Under the pieces are notes generated by a model. That model was not told the origin of the DNA and did not search any database. It worked only from the letters and a program-made list of their open reading frames with translations. Source: Cyanophyceae cyanobacterium (GTDB taxonomy: Bacteria; Cyanobacteriota; Cyanobacteriia; Cyanobacteriales; Laspinemataceae). Taken from it: a stretch of 64,000 nt of DNA. How positions within the stretch are numbered: the first letter of the stretch is position 1; each line of letters opens with the position of its first letter. The stretch is taken from contig JBBQFN010000011.1 of NCBI GenBank assembly GCA_038321985.1, positions 84,751 through 148,750 on the forward strand. Reading direction: 5' to 3'. A program made the position numbers and the translations under genes. This document shows positions 1 to 9,372 of this stretch, in pieces.

Positions 1-535
1 CGTTACCTTTGGAAACCTGTAAACTAAATGTGGCAACCGTTCCCCGCCTTAAGCCCCTAAGTTTTTCTGCTTTTCCCCCTAGAGCACAGATGACAGGGAC
101 AAATTTTTATGCTATCTGCTGCTTAATTGTCAGTAAAACATCATTTTAATCGTGATAATTGGCTCTCCCCTGTTCTTTTCAGAAAGAATCAAAGCGAAAC
201 TTCAGCCCAATGACAGATGAGAGCGTTGTAAGTGATCGATGAGAATTAGATTTAAGCGGTAGAGAACTGCCCGAGTCAAAATGCAGACCTGAAATGGAAT
301 TCTCAGTGCGAGGGCCAATCCTACTCAGAAAGCGCTCAGACTCGGATGCTTACTACCGAGTTTACTTCTATAAGGGCTGGACTTTCAAAGGCTGTGGAAT
401 GGCCTACCCCACTAACCTTTAACCGGAAGCCCTGATGCACTTGCTATTAACGAGGGTGCGATCGCACTCATTTTTTTGCTCTGAGTTTAGATCAGACCCC
501 TTGAGTATCGCTACTGACAGGAAGAGGATAAATTT

Positions 536-2035
536 ATGAATGATGCTGTAAAAATATTTTCTCATTATAATCGGAAATCCGGCTCTGTGTCGAAGTTGAA
601 AAACAGCCGTTGGCCTACTTATTTGTTTCTAGGCATCACGACTAATCTTCTACTTTGGGGGGTGGCGATCGCTTACATCACCCTCAAAGCCCCCAGCTAT
701 ACCACCAAGTGGTCCATCACCCTACCCAGTACAGGTTCCACAAGCCGCGTAGATTTACCGGGCATTGGGGGAGCTTCTTCTCAAACCGACTCTCCCTACA
801 GATTTGATTCCCATCACGACCCTCGGGAAAATTACAAATACATTGCCGGTAGCGATGATGTGAGAGAACGCGCCGCCCAAAAGCTGAACCTTAAGCCTTC
901 AGAATTCAATGAACCCAAGATCGAGATTATTGGAAACTCTACCTTGATGGAGTTTCAAATGGTGGGCGATACCCCCGAACAAACTCAACAAAAGGCACTG
1001 GCTCTCCACCAAGCCTTTGAACTTCAATTAGAAAAACTTAGACAAGAAGAAATCTCGGATCAAGACCGCAACTTGCAACTATTGCTCAGTCAGTCTCAGC
1101 AAAACTTAGAAAAGGCCCAGGCTCGATTATCCGAGTATCAAGCCAGCTCCAGTATCATGTCTTCCGAGCAATTGGTAGACCTCTCTAAAAATATTGAAGA
1201 TTTACGCAGGCAAAAAGCCGAAATCGACGCCCTCAATCAGCAAAGTAACGCGCGGATGGTGCAAACTTCCCGAAACTTAGACATCTCCCCTCAACAAGCC
1301 AACGATGCCTTTGCATTACAGTCTGATTCCCAGTTTCACGACTATCTGTTGAAATACCAGACAGCCCGTAGCGAGTTCGTAACCTTAAACTCGATTTATA
1401 CGGATCGCCATCCAGTCGTCATTGCCAAACAAAAAGAAATTGATGATGCCCGAGTAGCATTAATGGAACGGAGCCAGCAGATTCTCGGACGGCCCACCGA
1501 CCCCGAAATCTGGGAGCAAACCAACTTAGGAAATGGAGAAACCGGAGCAAAGCGGGAACTGTTCTTTCAAGAGTTGCTCACTTTTCAATCAGAAAACGTC
1601 GGCCTAGAAGCGCAAGCCCAAGAATTAGGACGCCAGATTAATAGCTTAGAAAACCGCTTTAAAGCCTTATCCGTGCAGGGTTCCCAACTGGAAAATTTAC
1701 GGCGGGACGTTCAGATAGCAGAAGCGGTGTTTTCCTCCACCTTAACTCAGCTGGATATGAGTAAGTCTAACATTTTCGCCAGCTATCCGCGAATTCAATT
1801 GTTGAGTCCACCCGCCTTGCCTGAAGAACCCAGTTCTCCGAAAACAGTATTAGCCATACTCGGTGCGGGAATGAGTTCAGTCTTCTTTACCGCCGGATTT
1901 CTCCTCCTGTGGATGCGGGATGTCAAAAATCAACGGCGGAAACAGAGTTCCCTGTTAGACCCTAATCCCCAACCCATTCCCGTTAACTCGGCTTTCCCTC
2001 CGCAAAATTCCTCAACCGCAGTGTCTAAGCGATGA
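536..2035 (+). CDS. Polysaccharide co-polymerase / chain-length determinant (GumC/Wzc N-terminal-like, no kinase domain)
   Basis: N-terminal TM, long coiled-coil periplasmic region, C-terminal 'PPALPEEPSSPK' + TM typical of PCP proteins; first gene of EPS operon; RBS-like AGAGGA upstream. Confidence 0.8.
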   Translation: MNDAVKIFSHYNRKSGSVSKLKNSRWPTYLFLGITTNLLLWGVAIAYITLKAPSYTTKWSITLPSTGSTSRVDLPGIGGASSQTDSPYRFDSHHDPRENYKYIAGSDDVRERAAQKLNLKPSEFNEPKIEIIGNSTLMEFQMVGDTPEQTQQKALALHQAFELQLEKLRQEEISDQDRNLQLLLSQSQQNLEKAQARLSEYQASSSIMSSEQLVDLSKNIEDLRRQKAEIDALNQQSNARMVQTSRNLDISPQQANDAFALQSDSQFHDYLLKYQTARSEFVTLNSIYTDRHPVVIAKQKEIDDARVALMERSQQILGRPTDPEIWEQTNLGNGETGAKRELFFQELLTFQSENVGLEAQAQELGRQINSLENRFKALSVQGSQLENLRRDVQIAEAVFSSTLTQLDMSKSNIFASYPRIQLLSPPALPEEPSSPKTVLAILGAGMSSVFFTAGFLLLWMRDVKNQRRKQSSLLDPNPQPIPVNSAFPPQNSSTAVSKR

Positions 2036-3333
2036 AGCCCCAAAACTTGCCTGAAAAGTTAGTTTGGTATTACATCCTCGGCACTTACATCATTTATTTT
2101 ATGGGTGCTCAGTATGTACTTGCCCCCTTATTATGTTACGTCCTGCTTTTTTATGTCCTTAAAAAATGGTGGAACCAAACTGCACAGACGCCTCCGGAAG
2201 AACGGGTAAAGTTTACCCCCTCTAACTGGCTCTGGATCGTTGCGATGTTTATCATGCACATTGCATTAGTGATGGGACATATAGACTTTGAAATGGGATT
2301 ACCCCAAATCATTCGGTCTACGGTGAATGGATGGCTCAGAAGCTGGGCGCTTTTAGCATTATTTCCTCTGGCTGCTCATCTGGATATTCGCCCAAAATTA
2401 ATTTATCGAGCAATTTGTATCCTCTGTGTTCAAAGTTTAATTTTGATTCCCCTAGGGTATCTATTTAGCGTGGCGGGTCTACCGAGTAAGCTCTATACTT
2501 CTCCTTTGCAAGCCTTTGGAGGGGGTTCTTTATACAACGTCAATTTACTGTATCAGTATGATTCCGAAGGGGGTCAAACCCGACTGTTTTTATTCGCCCC
2601 TTGGGCCCCTGCCTTAGGGATGATTGGCAATATGTACTTTGCACTGGCCCAGCACGATGATAACAAAAAGTGGCGCTTGTGGGGCATGATTGGGGCCGCA
2701 GCAATGGCAGTTTCATCGGTTTCTCGTTTAGGAATTATCGCCCTGCCCCTCGTTCCTTTGGCGGTGTGGGGACTGACTAACTTTTTAAAACCTTGGGTGA
2801 TATTTGCTTCAGGATTTGCCAGTTTAGGGTTAGGGATGTTTGCACCCGCTTTAATCGAGTTTCTTGAAGCTGTAAGAACTCAATTTACCCAAGCTCGCGC
2901 TAGTTCTTCCCATGTCCGAGACCTACTCAATAGCTTAGCAGTTTATCGTTGGAGGACCGACGCTCCCATCTGGGGGCATGGCGTCCTAGAGACGGAAGGA
3001 CCAAAAGTGGTAGAACGGATGCCGGTTGGCTCTCATCATACGTGGTTTGGGGTTTTGTTTCTGCACGGAATAGTCGGGTTTTTTGCCCTAGCCATTCCTC
3101 TGATTTGGACTTTTCTAGAAATGCTGATTAAAGCCCAACACTCTCAAATTGCCAAGGTCGCTTTAAGTTTTCTAATTCTTCTTTTTCTATTTGCATTTGC
3201 GGAAAATTTCCAGGAGTTAGCTTATCTGTACTGGCCTTGTTTGATTGTGATGGGAATGGCGTTCAAAGAAAAATTAATCGTTTGGAGTGAAACAACTGAT
3301 GAGCAAGAAGCGTATCTTATTTCTAATCTCTGA
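2032..3333 (+). CDS. O-antigen ligase / Wzy-family polymerase
   Basis: About 10-12 TM segments; motifs FAPWAPALG, SxSR, RASSS, IWGHG, GSHHTW; ATGA overlap with upstream gene. Confidence 0.8.
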   Translation: MKPQNLPEKLVWYYILGTYIIYFMGAQYVLAPLLCYVLLFYVLKKWWNQTAQTPPEERVKFTPSNWLWIVAMFIMHIALVMGHIDFEMGLPQIIRSTVNGWLRSWALLALFPLAAHLDIRPKLIYRAICILCVQSLILIPLGYLFSVAGLPSKLYTSPLQAFGGGSLYNVNLLYQYDSEGGQTRLFLFAPWAPALGMIGNMYFALAQHDDNKKWRLWGMIGAAAMAVSSVSRLGIIALPLVPLAVWGLTNFLKPWVIFASGFASLGLGMFAPALIEFLEAVRTQFTQARASSSHVRDLLNSLAVYRWRTDAPIWGHGVLETEGPKVVERMPVGSHHTWFGVLFLHGIVGFFALAIPLIWTFLEMLIKAQHSQIAKVALSFLILLFLFAFAENFQELAYLYWPCLIVMGMAFKEKLIVWSETTDEQEAYLISNL

Positions 3334-4291
3334 TAAAAAGATGGGCGGGGTAATGACGATGGTGGATAGCCTGACTCATTCTTCTCTATCTAACCAGTTT
3401 GACTTTAAAACTGTGTGCATGGAAGCTAATGAAGCCGTAAATGAGCGGGTTACACCGGATGTGGTGGTGATTAATAAAGCTTGCTCTTGGAGTAGAATCC
3501 CCAATTTATTTTGGTTAAATCTCCGTAAAGGAAAAACTAAGGTAGTAATTATTGAGCATCATTATACCGGGGGATTTGAAACTCATCAAGTTCCAGAGAA
3601 AAAACGCTTCCGACTCATGTTGAAAATTGCCTATTCCTTAGCCGATCGCGTAGTAGCGGTTTCCGAAGCCCAAGCGGATTGGATGTATAAAAATAACCTG
3701 GTAGCACCGGAGAAAGTCTATCAAATTAATCCCGCCGTAAAACTGGAAGAATTTTTGGAAGTTCCGGTCCGCCAGCCCCGCACAGCCATCCATTTAGCAG
3801 CCTATGGTCGATTTTGCAAACAAAAAGGATTTGATGTCTTACTAGAGGCCATGAAATTAATTCCTGACCAAGCGGTTAATTTATATTTAGGAGGCGATGG
3901 TCCGGAAAATGAAGATCTAAAAAAACGCGCCATCGGGTTGAGAAATGTGCAGTTTTGTGGGATGATCGATGATGTTCCGAAGTTTTTAAAAGGGTGTGAC
4001 GCAGTAGTCATTTCATCTCGGTGGGAACCCTTTGGTTTAGTCTGTATGGAAGCCAAAGCCGCAGGAAAACCCGTTATTGCTTCGGATATTGATGGGTTAC
4101 GAGAACAAGTACACGACTATGGAATATTGGTGCCAGCAGAAGATCAAGTCAAACTGGCTAAGGCGATCGCCTCCTTGGGTGATTGTGATCTCTTGACTTG
4201 GGGTCAAAAGGCTCGACACTCTGTAAAAGATGCCCACGACCAATTTTTAGAGCAGTGGAAAAACTTGTTGATGGAATTAACACCCAGCTAA
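3299..4291 (+). CDS. Glycosyltransferase family 4
   Basis: GT-B motifs 'GRFCKQKGFDVL' and 'EPFGLVCMEA' (EX7E); start ATG 3299 or GTG 3287. Confidence 0.88.
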   Translation: MSKKRILFLISDKKMGGVMTMVDSLTHSSLSNQFDFKTVCMEANEAVNERVTPDVVVINKACSWSRIPNLFWLNLRKGKTKVVIIEHHYTGGFETHQVPEKKRFRLMLKIAYSLADRVVAVSEAQADWMYKNNLVAPEKVYQINPAVKLEEFLEVPVRQPRTAIHLAAYGRFCKQKGFDVLLEAMKLIPDQAVNLYLGGDGPENEDLKKRAIGLRNVQFCGMIDDVPKFLKGCDAVVISSRWEPFGLVCMEAKAAGKPVIASDIDGLREQVHDYGILVPAEDQVKLAKAIASLGDCDLLTWGQKARHSVKDAHDQFLEQWKNLLMELTPS

Positions 4292-4362
4292 AAATTCAGT
4301 AATTTTTTTTAATTTCTGACAAAAACTCACAAAAAAGAACCTCAATAAAAAAGGAGATATTG

Positions 4363-5445
4363 ATGAAAAAGTCCATGCACTGGGAGCATTTTTTTATCCG
4401 GGGAACACCAGTTATTGCTTTGCCAGATTGGCACGCTCCTCGGCTTTTTGTCCCGGCTAAAAATTTTTGGCAGCGATGGAAAGGAAGCTCCTTGTGTCCT
4501 CCCCCCTCAGCTAAGTCAGGTGCAATCGCCTTGCCACCCAAGGTGGGGCGGCTGTTGTATCGGATTCAGGTAGCCTTGGGGCAAGCGCCCGTGCAAATAG
4601 CCAGCCGAAAGCAGGCAGGATCGATCGATATTGAGGGGTTTGTCCGCGAGATTCTTCCCGAATTTAGTTGGGCCGTGTTTTCCGTCGGCGTTCCTGGGGA
4701 AGCGCAGAAAATTACGGCCCAACTGTGGAGCGATCGCAATCACATCGTCGGCTATCTAAAATATTCGGACAAACCCATCGCCTGCGATCGCATCGCCCGG
4801 GAATACGCGGTACTCTCCCAACTGGCGGTCCAACCCAGACCCCTAAAATTTGGTCCGTTAAGTCCGGGAAGCGCCCTCTTGATTGAACCGATTGAGGGAA
4901 AACATATCTCTTGTGGAACGCTGCCCCCGGAACCGGAAATTTTAAACCTGCTGGATCAATTTGCGATCGCTTCCCCCGTTCCCCTGGATCAGCATCCCTG
5001 GGTCCAAACCTTCCAACAGACTGCCGATCCAGTGGCCCGGAAATGGTTGGATGCCCTGGGCGATCGCCCCTGGCCGATTGTCGCCTTACATGGGGATTTT
5101 TCGCCCTGGAACCTGTTGCGATCGCCCGATGGTAAGATTTTTGCCATTGACTGGGAATACGGGCTGGCTCAAGGGTTTCCGTACCTCGACCTCGCGTATT
5201 ACATCCTGCAAGTCGCCTATTGGTGCTTGCAGTGGTCTCCCACTCAAGCTAGGGACTATGCAGTTCAATTTCTCTCTAGCCCTTCCGGGCCAAACCTCAA
5301 ATTAGCGGAGGCAAAAGCGATCGTGCGATTGAGTGCCTATCAGGGCTATCAATTTATGCTTGAAGATGGACATTCTCTCGAAGAAGAACCTCAATATTGG
5401 CGGTCTAAGGTGTGGGAACATGAACTTTTCAACATTTCAAACTAA
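4363..5445 (+). CDS. APH/choline-kinase-like phosphotransferase
   Basis: Brenner-type 'HGDFSPWN' and 'IDWE' motifs; AAGGAG RBS at 4351-4356 before ATG 4363. Confidence 0.72.
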   Translation: MKKSMHWEHFFIRGTPVIALPDWHAPRLFVPAKNFWQRWKGSSLCPPPSAKSGAIALPPKVGRLLYRIQVALGQAPVQIASRKQAGSIDIEGFVREILPEFSWAVFSVGVPGEAQKITAQLWSDRNHIVGYLKYSDKPIACDRIAREYAVLSQLAVQPRPLKFGPLSPGSALLIEPIEGKHISCGTLPPEPEILNLLDQFAIASPVPLDQHPWVQTFQQTADPVARKWLDALGDRPWPIVALHGDFSPWNLLRSPDGKIFAIDWEYGLAQGFPYLDLAYYILQVAYWCLQWSPTQARDYAVQFLSSPSGPNLKLAEAKAIVRLSAYQGYQFMLEDGHSLEEEPQYWRSKVWEHELFNISN

Positions 5446-6682
5446 GGTTAAAAAGAAGCTTAATAACAAGTTTGTTCAAAATATTGGCTGGCTCACTGGT
5501 GCCGAATTTGCCATTCGTATTGTCCGCTTAATGACCACCGTAGTCCTAGCCCGGTTTTTAACCCAATACGATTATGGGTTAGCCGCAATTGTCTTAACCA
5601 CTTACGAATTTACCCGGGTCTTTACGGACATTGGAATCGGAGCTAAACTCATTCAAGCCGAGCCGGAAGAACTCGAAGACTTATGTCGAAACGCCTATTG
5701 GTTATGCTGGGTCCTCTATTTCGGCTTGTTCGTAGCTCAGGCTGCTGTCGCTTTTCCCATTGCCTGGTTTTATAACGATACCAATCTGATTCTACCCATC
5801 ACGGTTTTGGGAGGGGTCTTTTTAATGACCCCTTTAGGGGTAGTTCAAGCGATATTACTGCGTCGAGAAAATCGCTTAGAAATCCAAGCTCTCAATCAAA
5901 CCTTGGTTCAAGGATCAAGTAATTTTTTATCCTTAGTCTTTGCCGTATTGGGGTGGGGCATCTGGGCGATCGTCATTCCTCAACTCGTTGTCACTCCGTT
6001 GTGGGCTTATATTTACTTAAAGCACCATTCTTGGCGTCCTAGTGGGGGATTTCGGAATGAGAAATGGAAAGAAATTTTCGGGTTTGGGAAAAATGTCTTA
6101 GGGATTGAACTATTAAAGACCCTGAGAACCAACCTAGATTATCTGCTTGTGGGACGCTTCTTAGGGATTACCGAGTTAGGAATCTACTTCTTTGCCTTTA
6201 ATGCCGGATTAGGAATTAGCCTGAGTATCATTAAATCAATTAATTCCGCCTTATTACCTCATTTATGTTCCCTCCGGCAAGACTGGGCTAGAATGAAGCA
6301 GCAGTTTTATAAGAGCTTAAAGGTAATTGGGGCATTAATCATTCCCTTGGCACTCTTACAATCAACTTTGGCACCCTTTTATGTACCCATTGTTTTTGGA
6401 GAAAAATGGATTGAGGCGATTCCAGTCTTAATGATTATCTGTATCTCGGCTATCCCTCGCCCCTTTGGTGATGCGGCCTCTCAGTTAATGATTGCGATTG
6501 GTAGACCAGATATCGATTTTAAGTGGAATATTATCTTTACGCTAGTCTTTACCCTCAGCTTATTTGTAGGTATCAAATGGCAAGTGATTGGATTAGCATT
6601 CACCGTGTTACTCGTTCATGCGATCGCCTTACCTGCCTATACAATTTGGGCGACTCGGTATGCCTTTAACCGCCCTACTTAA
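5420..6682 (+). CDS. wzx: Wzx flippase (polysaccharide biosynthesis protein)
   Basis: 'LARFLTQYDYG', 'NLDYLLVGRFLGITELGIY', 'FGEKW' motifs; ~12 TM; likely start ATG 5420. Confidence 0.85.
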   Translation: MNFSTFQTKVKKKLNNKFVQNIGWLTGAEFAIRIVRLMTTVVLARFLTQYDYGLAAIVLTTYEFTRVFTDIGIGAKLIQAEPEELEDLCRNAYWLCWVLYFGLFVAQAAVAFPIAWFYNDTNLILPITVLGGVFLMTPLGVVQAILLRRENRLEIQALNQTLVQGSSNFLSLVFAVLGWGIWAIVIPQLVVTPLWAYIYLKHHSWRPSGGFRNEKWKEIFGFGKNVLGIELLKTLRTNLDYLLVGRFLGITELGIYFFAFNAGLGISLSIIKSINSALLPHLCSLRQDWARMKQQFYKSLKVIGALIIPLALLQSTLAPFYVPIVFGEKWIEAIPVLMIICISAIPRPFGDAASQLMIAIGRPDIDFKWNIIFTLVFTLSLFVGIKWQVIGLAFTVLLVHAIALPAYTIWATRYAFNRPT

Positions 6683-6746
6683 CATTTTGCACTCAGCCTA
6701 ATTTTTTACCGGACTTCCTATCCTGTAAAAAATTAGAGGAAGTGAT

Positions 6747-6836
6747 TTTGAAACAGGTTTTACTCCTGATACAACTTTTAATAGAAATCACTTTGAGGAT
6801 GGTTTTACTCCAGCGACAACTTTTGATAGAATGAAC
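6747..6836. repeat. Two imperfect 45-bp direct repeats
   Basis: GGTTTTACTCCTGATACAACTTTTAATAGAA (6756-6786) vs GGTTTTACTCCAGCGACAACTTTTGATAGAA (6801-6831). Confidence 0.7.
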
Positions 6837-6887
6837 TGTAATTGAAAATAAACTTTTGCTCGTCCAATCACAAAAAGGCATAAACCT

Positions 6888-7913
6888 ATGAAATTAGTGT
6901 CCGTCATCATTTCAGTTTATAACCTCGAATCTCTTATTGCTGCTACCTTGCAGTCCGTTTTCAACCAAACCTACAAAAACTTAGAAATCATCGTAGTTGA
7001 TGATGGATCGAGCGATCGCTCGGCTGAAGTATGCGAAGAATTTCAAGACCCCCGGCTGAAATTAATTCGTCAGCAAAATAAAGGGGCAAGCGCCGCCCGA
7101 AATGCCGGAATGCGTCATGCTCAAGGGGACTATATCGCCATTCTCGATGGGGATGACCTGTGGTTACCTGAAAAAATAGAAAAGCAGGTTGAGCATTTGG
7201 AACAATCTCCGCAGGTTGGAATTAGCTATACCCAATCCGCTTTTATCGATGAAGCTGGAGAATTGATGGGACTCTATCAAATGCCAAAGCTGACTGACAT
7301 TACTATCCGAGATATCCTCTGCCGTAATCCGATTAGCAATGGGTCCTCGGCAGTTATTCGCAAGCAAGCTATTGACCAGATTAAATTTCAAGATTATCTA
7401 GATGGAGAAATCACCGATTTTTATTGGGACGAAGAAAAGGCATTGCAATCCTCAGAAGATGTTGATTTCTGGTTCCGTATAGCCCTACAAGCGGGCTGGA
7501 AAATGGAGGGAATTGGGGAAGTTCTCACCCTCTATCGGATTAATTCTAAAGGACTTTCGGCGAAATTATTAAGCAAACAAGAGTCTTGGGAAAAACTTCT
7601 GGAAAAAACCCGCAATTACGCTCCCCAAGAGATGGCTCAATGGGAAAAACCAGCTCGTGCTTATCACCTGCGATATCTCGCTCGTCGTGCTGTTACCTTA
7701 CGCGATGGTCCAACCGCCCTGAAATTGGCTTGGGATGCAAGTGTTACTCACCCGCAAATGTGGATAGAAGAACCGATACGAAGTGGAGTAACCTTCGCTG
7801 CTGCATCTTTCCTGTCTGTACTGCCTAAATCTTTGTATCAGCACCTGGAAGAACTGGGGATAAAACTGTCGGCCCGGACTCAAAAACGTCAAGTTGCTCA
7901 ATCTAAAATTTAA
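6888..7913 (+). CDS. Glycosyltransferase family 2
   Basis: 'VSVII..YN', 'VDDGSSD', 'ARNAG', 'LDGDD', 'SED' GT-A motifs. Confidence 0.9.
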   Translation: MKLVSVIISVYNLESLIAATLQSVFNQTYKNLEIIVVDDGSSDRSAEVCEEFQDPRLKLIRQQNKGASAARNAGMRHAQGDYIAILDGDDLWLPEKIEKQVEHLEQSPQVGISYTQSAFIDEAGELMGLYQMPKLTDITIRDILCRNPISNGSSAVIRKQAIDQIKFQDYLDGEITDFYWDEEKALQSSEDVDFWFRIALQAGWKMEGIGEVLTLYRINSKGLSAKLLSKQESWEKLLEKTRNYAPQEMAQWEKPARAYHLRYLARRAVTLRDGPTALKLAWDASVTHPQMWIEEPIRSGVTFAAASFLSVLPKSLYQHLEELGIKLSARTQKRQVAQSKI

Positions 7914-7937
7914 TTCTTCGGGTTCAATCTGAGATTT

Positions 7938-7975
7938 TGCCTCGTTTTTTCTTCGTCTTTAAAAGAAACGAGGCA
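7938..7975. terminator. Intergenic hairpin between the GT2 genes
   Basis: TGCCTCGTTT ... AAACGAGGCA inverted repeat. Confidence 0.4.
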
Positions 7976-8033
7976 TTCCTAGAAAAATCATTCTCCTCCA
8001 AATATTATTTTTTCAAATAGAGGAAATTAACCC

Positions 8034-9095
8034 ATGAAACTTGTTTCTGTTATTATTCCCGTATATAACGTTGAGCAATATATTGTCGAAACGATTCGGT
8101 CAGTTCTCGCTCAGACTTATTCTAATTTTGAAGTATTAGTAATTGATGATGGATCACCTGATCTCAGTATTGAACTGTGCCAACAGCAGTTCGATGACCC
8201 CCGAATTAAAATTATTCGCCAAAAAAATCGGGGATTAGCGGGAGCCAGAAATACCGGAATTCGTCACGCCCAAGGAGAGTATTTAGCCTTTTTAGATAGC
8301 GATGATTTGTGGGAACCCAAGAAACTTATCAAACATATCGAGCATCTGGATGGTGCGTTGGATGTAGGCATTAGTTTCTGCCGTTCCGCTTTAATTGACG
8401 AAGCGGGCAATCCCACCGGAACCTATCTGATGCCCGAATTGACAAACATTGACGTTCCTTGCTTGTTGCGAGGGAGTCCTTTGGGAAATGGTTCTACTCC
8501 CGTTATTCGACGAGAAGTATTTGAGGATATTCAATTTGAAGCTAACCGATACGGCGCTGTTGAAACCTTTTACTTTGATGAGGACTTTCGACAATCGGAG
8601 GATATTGAATGTTGGTTAAGAATTGCCTTAAAAACTGACTGGAAATTTGAGGGAATTCCCGAAGCGCTCACCTTGTATCGAGTGAATACCGGAGGTCTTT
8701 CTGCCAATTTTATGAAGCAGCTTGACAGTTGGGAAAAGGTTTTAGAAAAAACCCGGTCTTATGCACCGTCTGCGATCGCCCAATGGTGGGATTTGGCGAT
8801 CGCCTATGAATTGCGATATCTCGCCCGCAGTGCTATCCGAGTCAAAAATGGCAAAGCAGCCGTGGACTTGATGAATCGAGCGCTATTGACCTACTGGCGC
8901 ATCCTTCTAGAAGAACCGCGCCGCACGGTGTTAACCCTAATTGCTGCCTATGTCTTACGATTGTTACCAGCCTCTATTTATAGCTGGATTGAGAATCGGG
9001 GCAACCAGTTGAATGGTTCCACCCAACAACAACAAATTCAACGAGATCGCCAGAGTCAAAATCCAGTATCGGGGGTAGAAATAGGCGTCCGATAA
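8034..9095 (+). CDS. Glycosyltransferase family 2 (paralog of 6888..7913)
   Basis: 'VSVIIPVYN', 'DDGS', 'ARNTG', 'LDSDD', 'SED'; collinear with upstream GT2; AGAGGA RBS. Confidence 0.9.
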   Translation: MKLVSVIIPVYNVEQYIVETIRSVLAQTYSNFEVLVIDDGSPDLSIELCQQQFDDPRIKIIRQKNRGLAGARNTGIRHAQGEYLAFLDSDDLWEPKKLIKHIEHLDGALDVGISFCRSALIDEAGNPTGTYLMPELTNIDVPCLLRGSPLGNGSTPVIRREVFEDIQFEANRYGAVETFYFDEDFRQSEDIECWLRIALKTDWKFEGIPEALTLYRVNTGGLSANFMKQLDSWEKVLEKTRSYAPSAIAQWWDLAIAYELRYLARSAIRVKNGKAAVDLMNRALLTYWRILLEEPRRTVLTLIAAYVLRLLPASIYSWIENRGNQLNGSTQQQQIQRDRQSQNPVSGVEIGVR

Positions 9096-9372
9096 AAGAT
9101 GGCGATCGCCCGGAAGCAGGGGTTAAGTGGAAATATGCTATAACCCAAATAGCCCATCCTATTAGACCGGGCGATCGCCAAAAATATTCCCTTAATGATC
9201 CAAAGAAATGAAATCACAACAAATGGTGATAAATTTCAATTAATCACAGGGTTAATTGAATTGAGGCACTTGCCCTTTTCAGCCCTGTGAATACACCACT
9301 CCTTTAACTCAGCTGGGCCAATCCCTATAAATCTCTAAGTTCCCGTGCTGGCTCACCAAGTTAGAAAAATAA

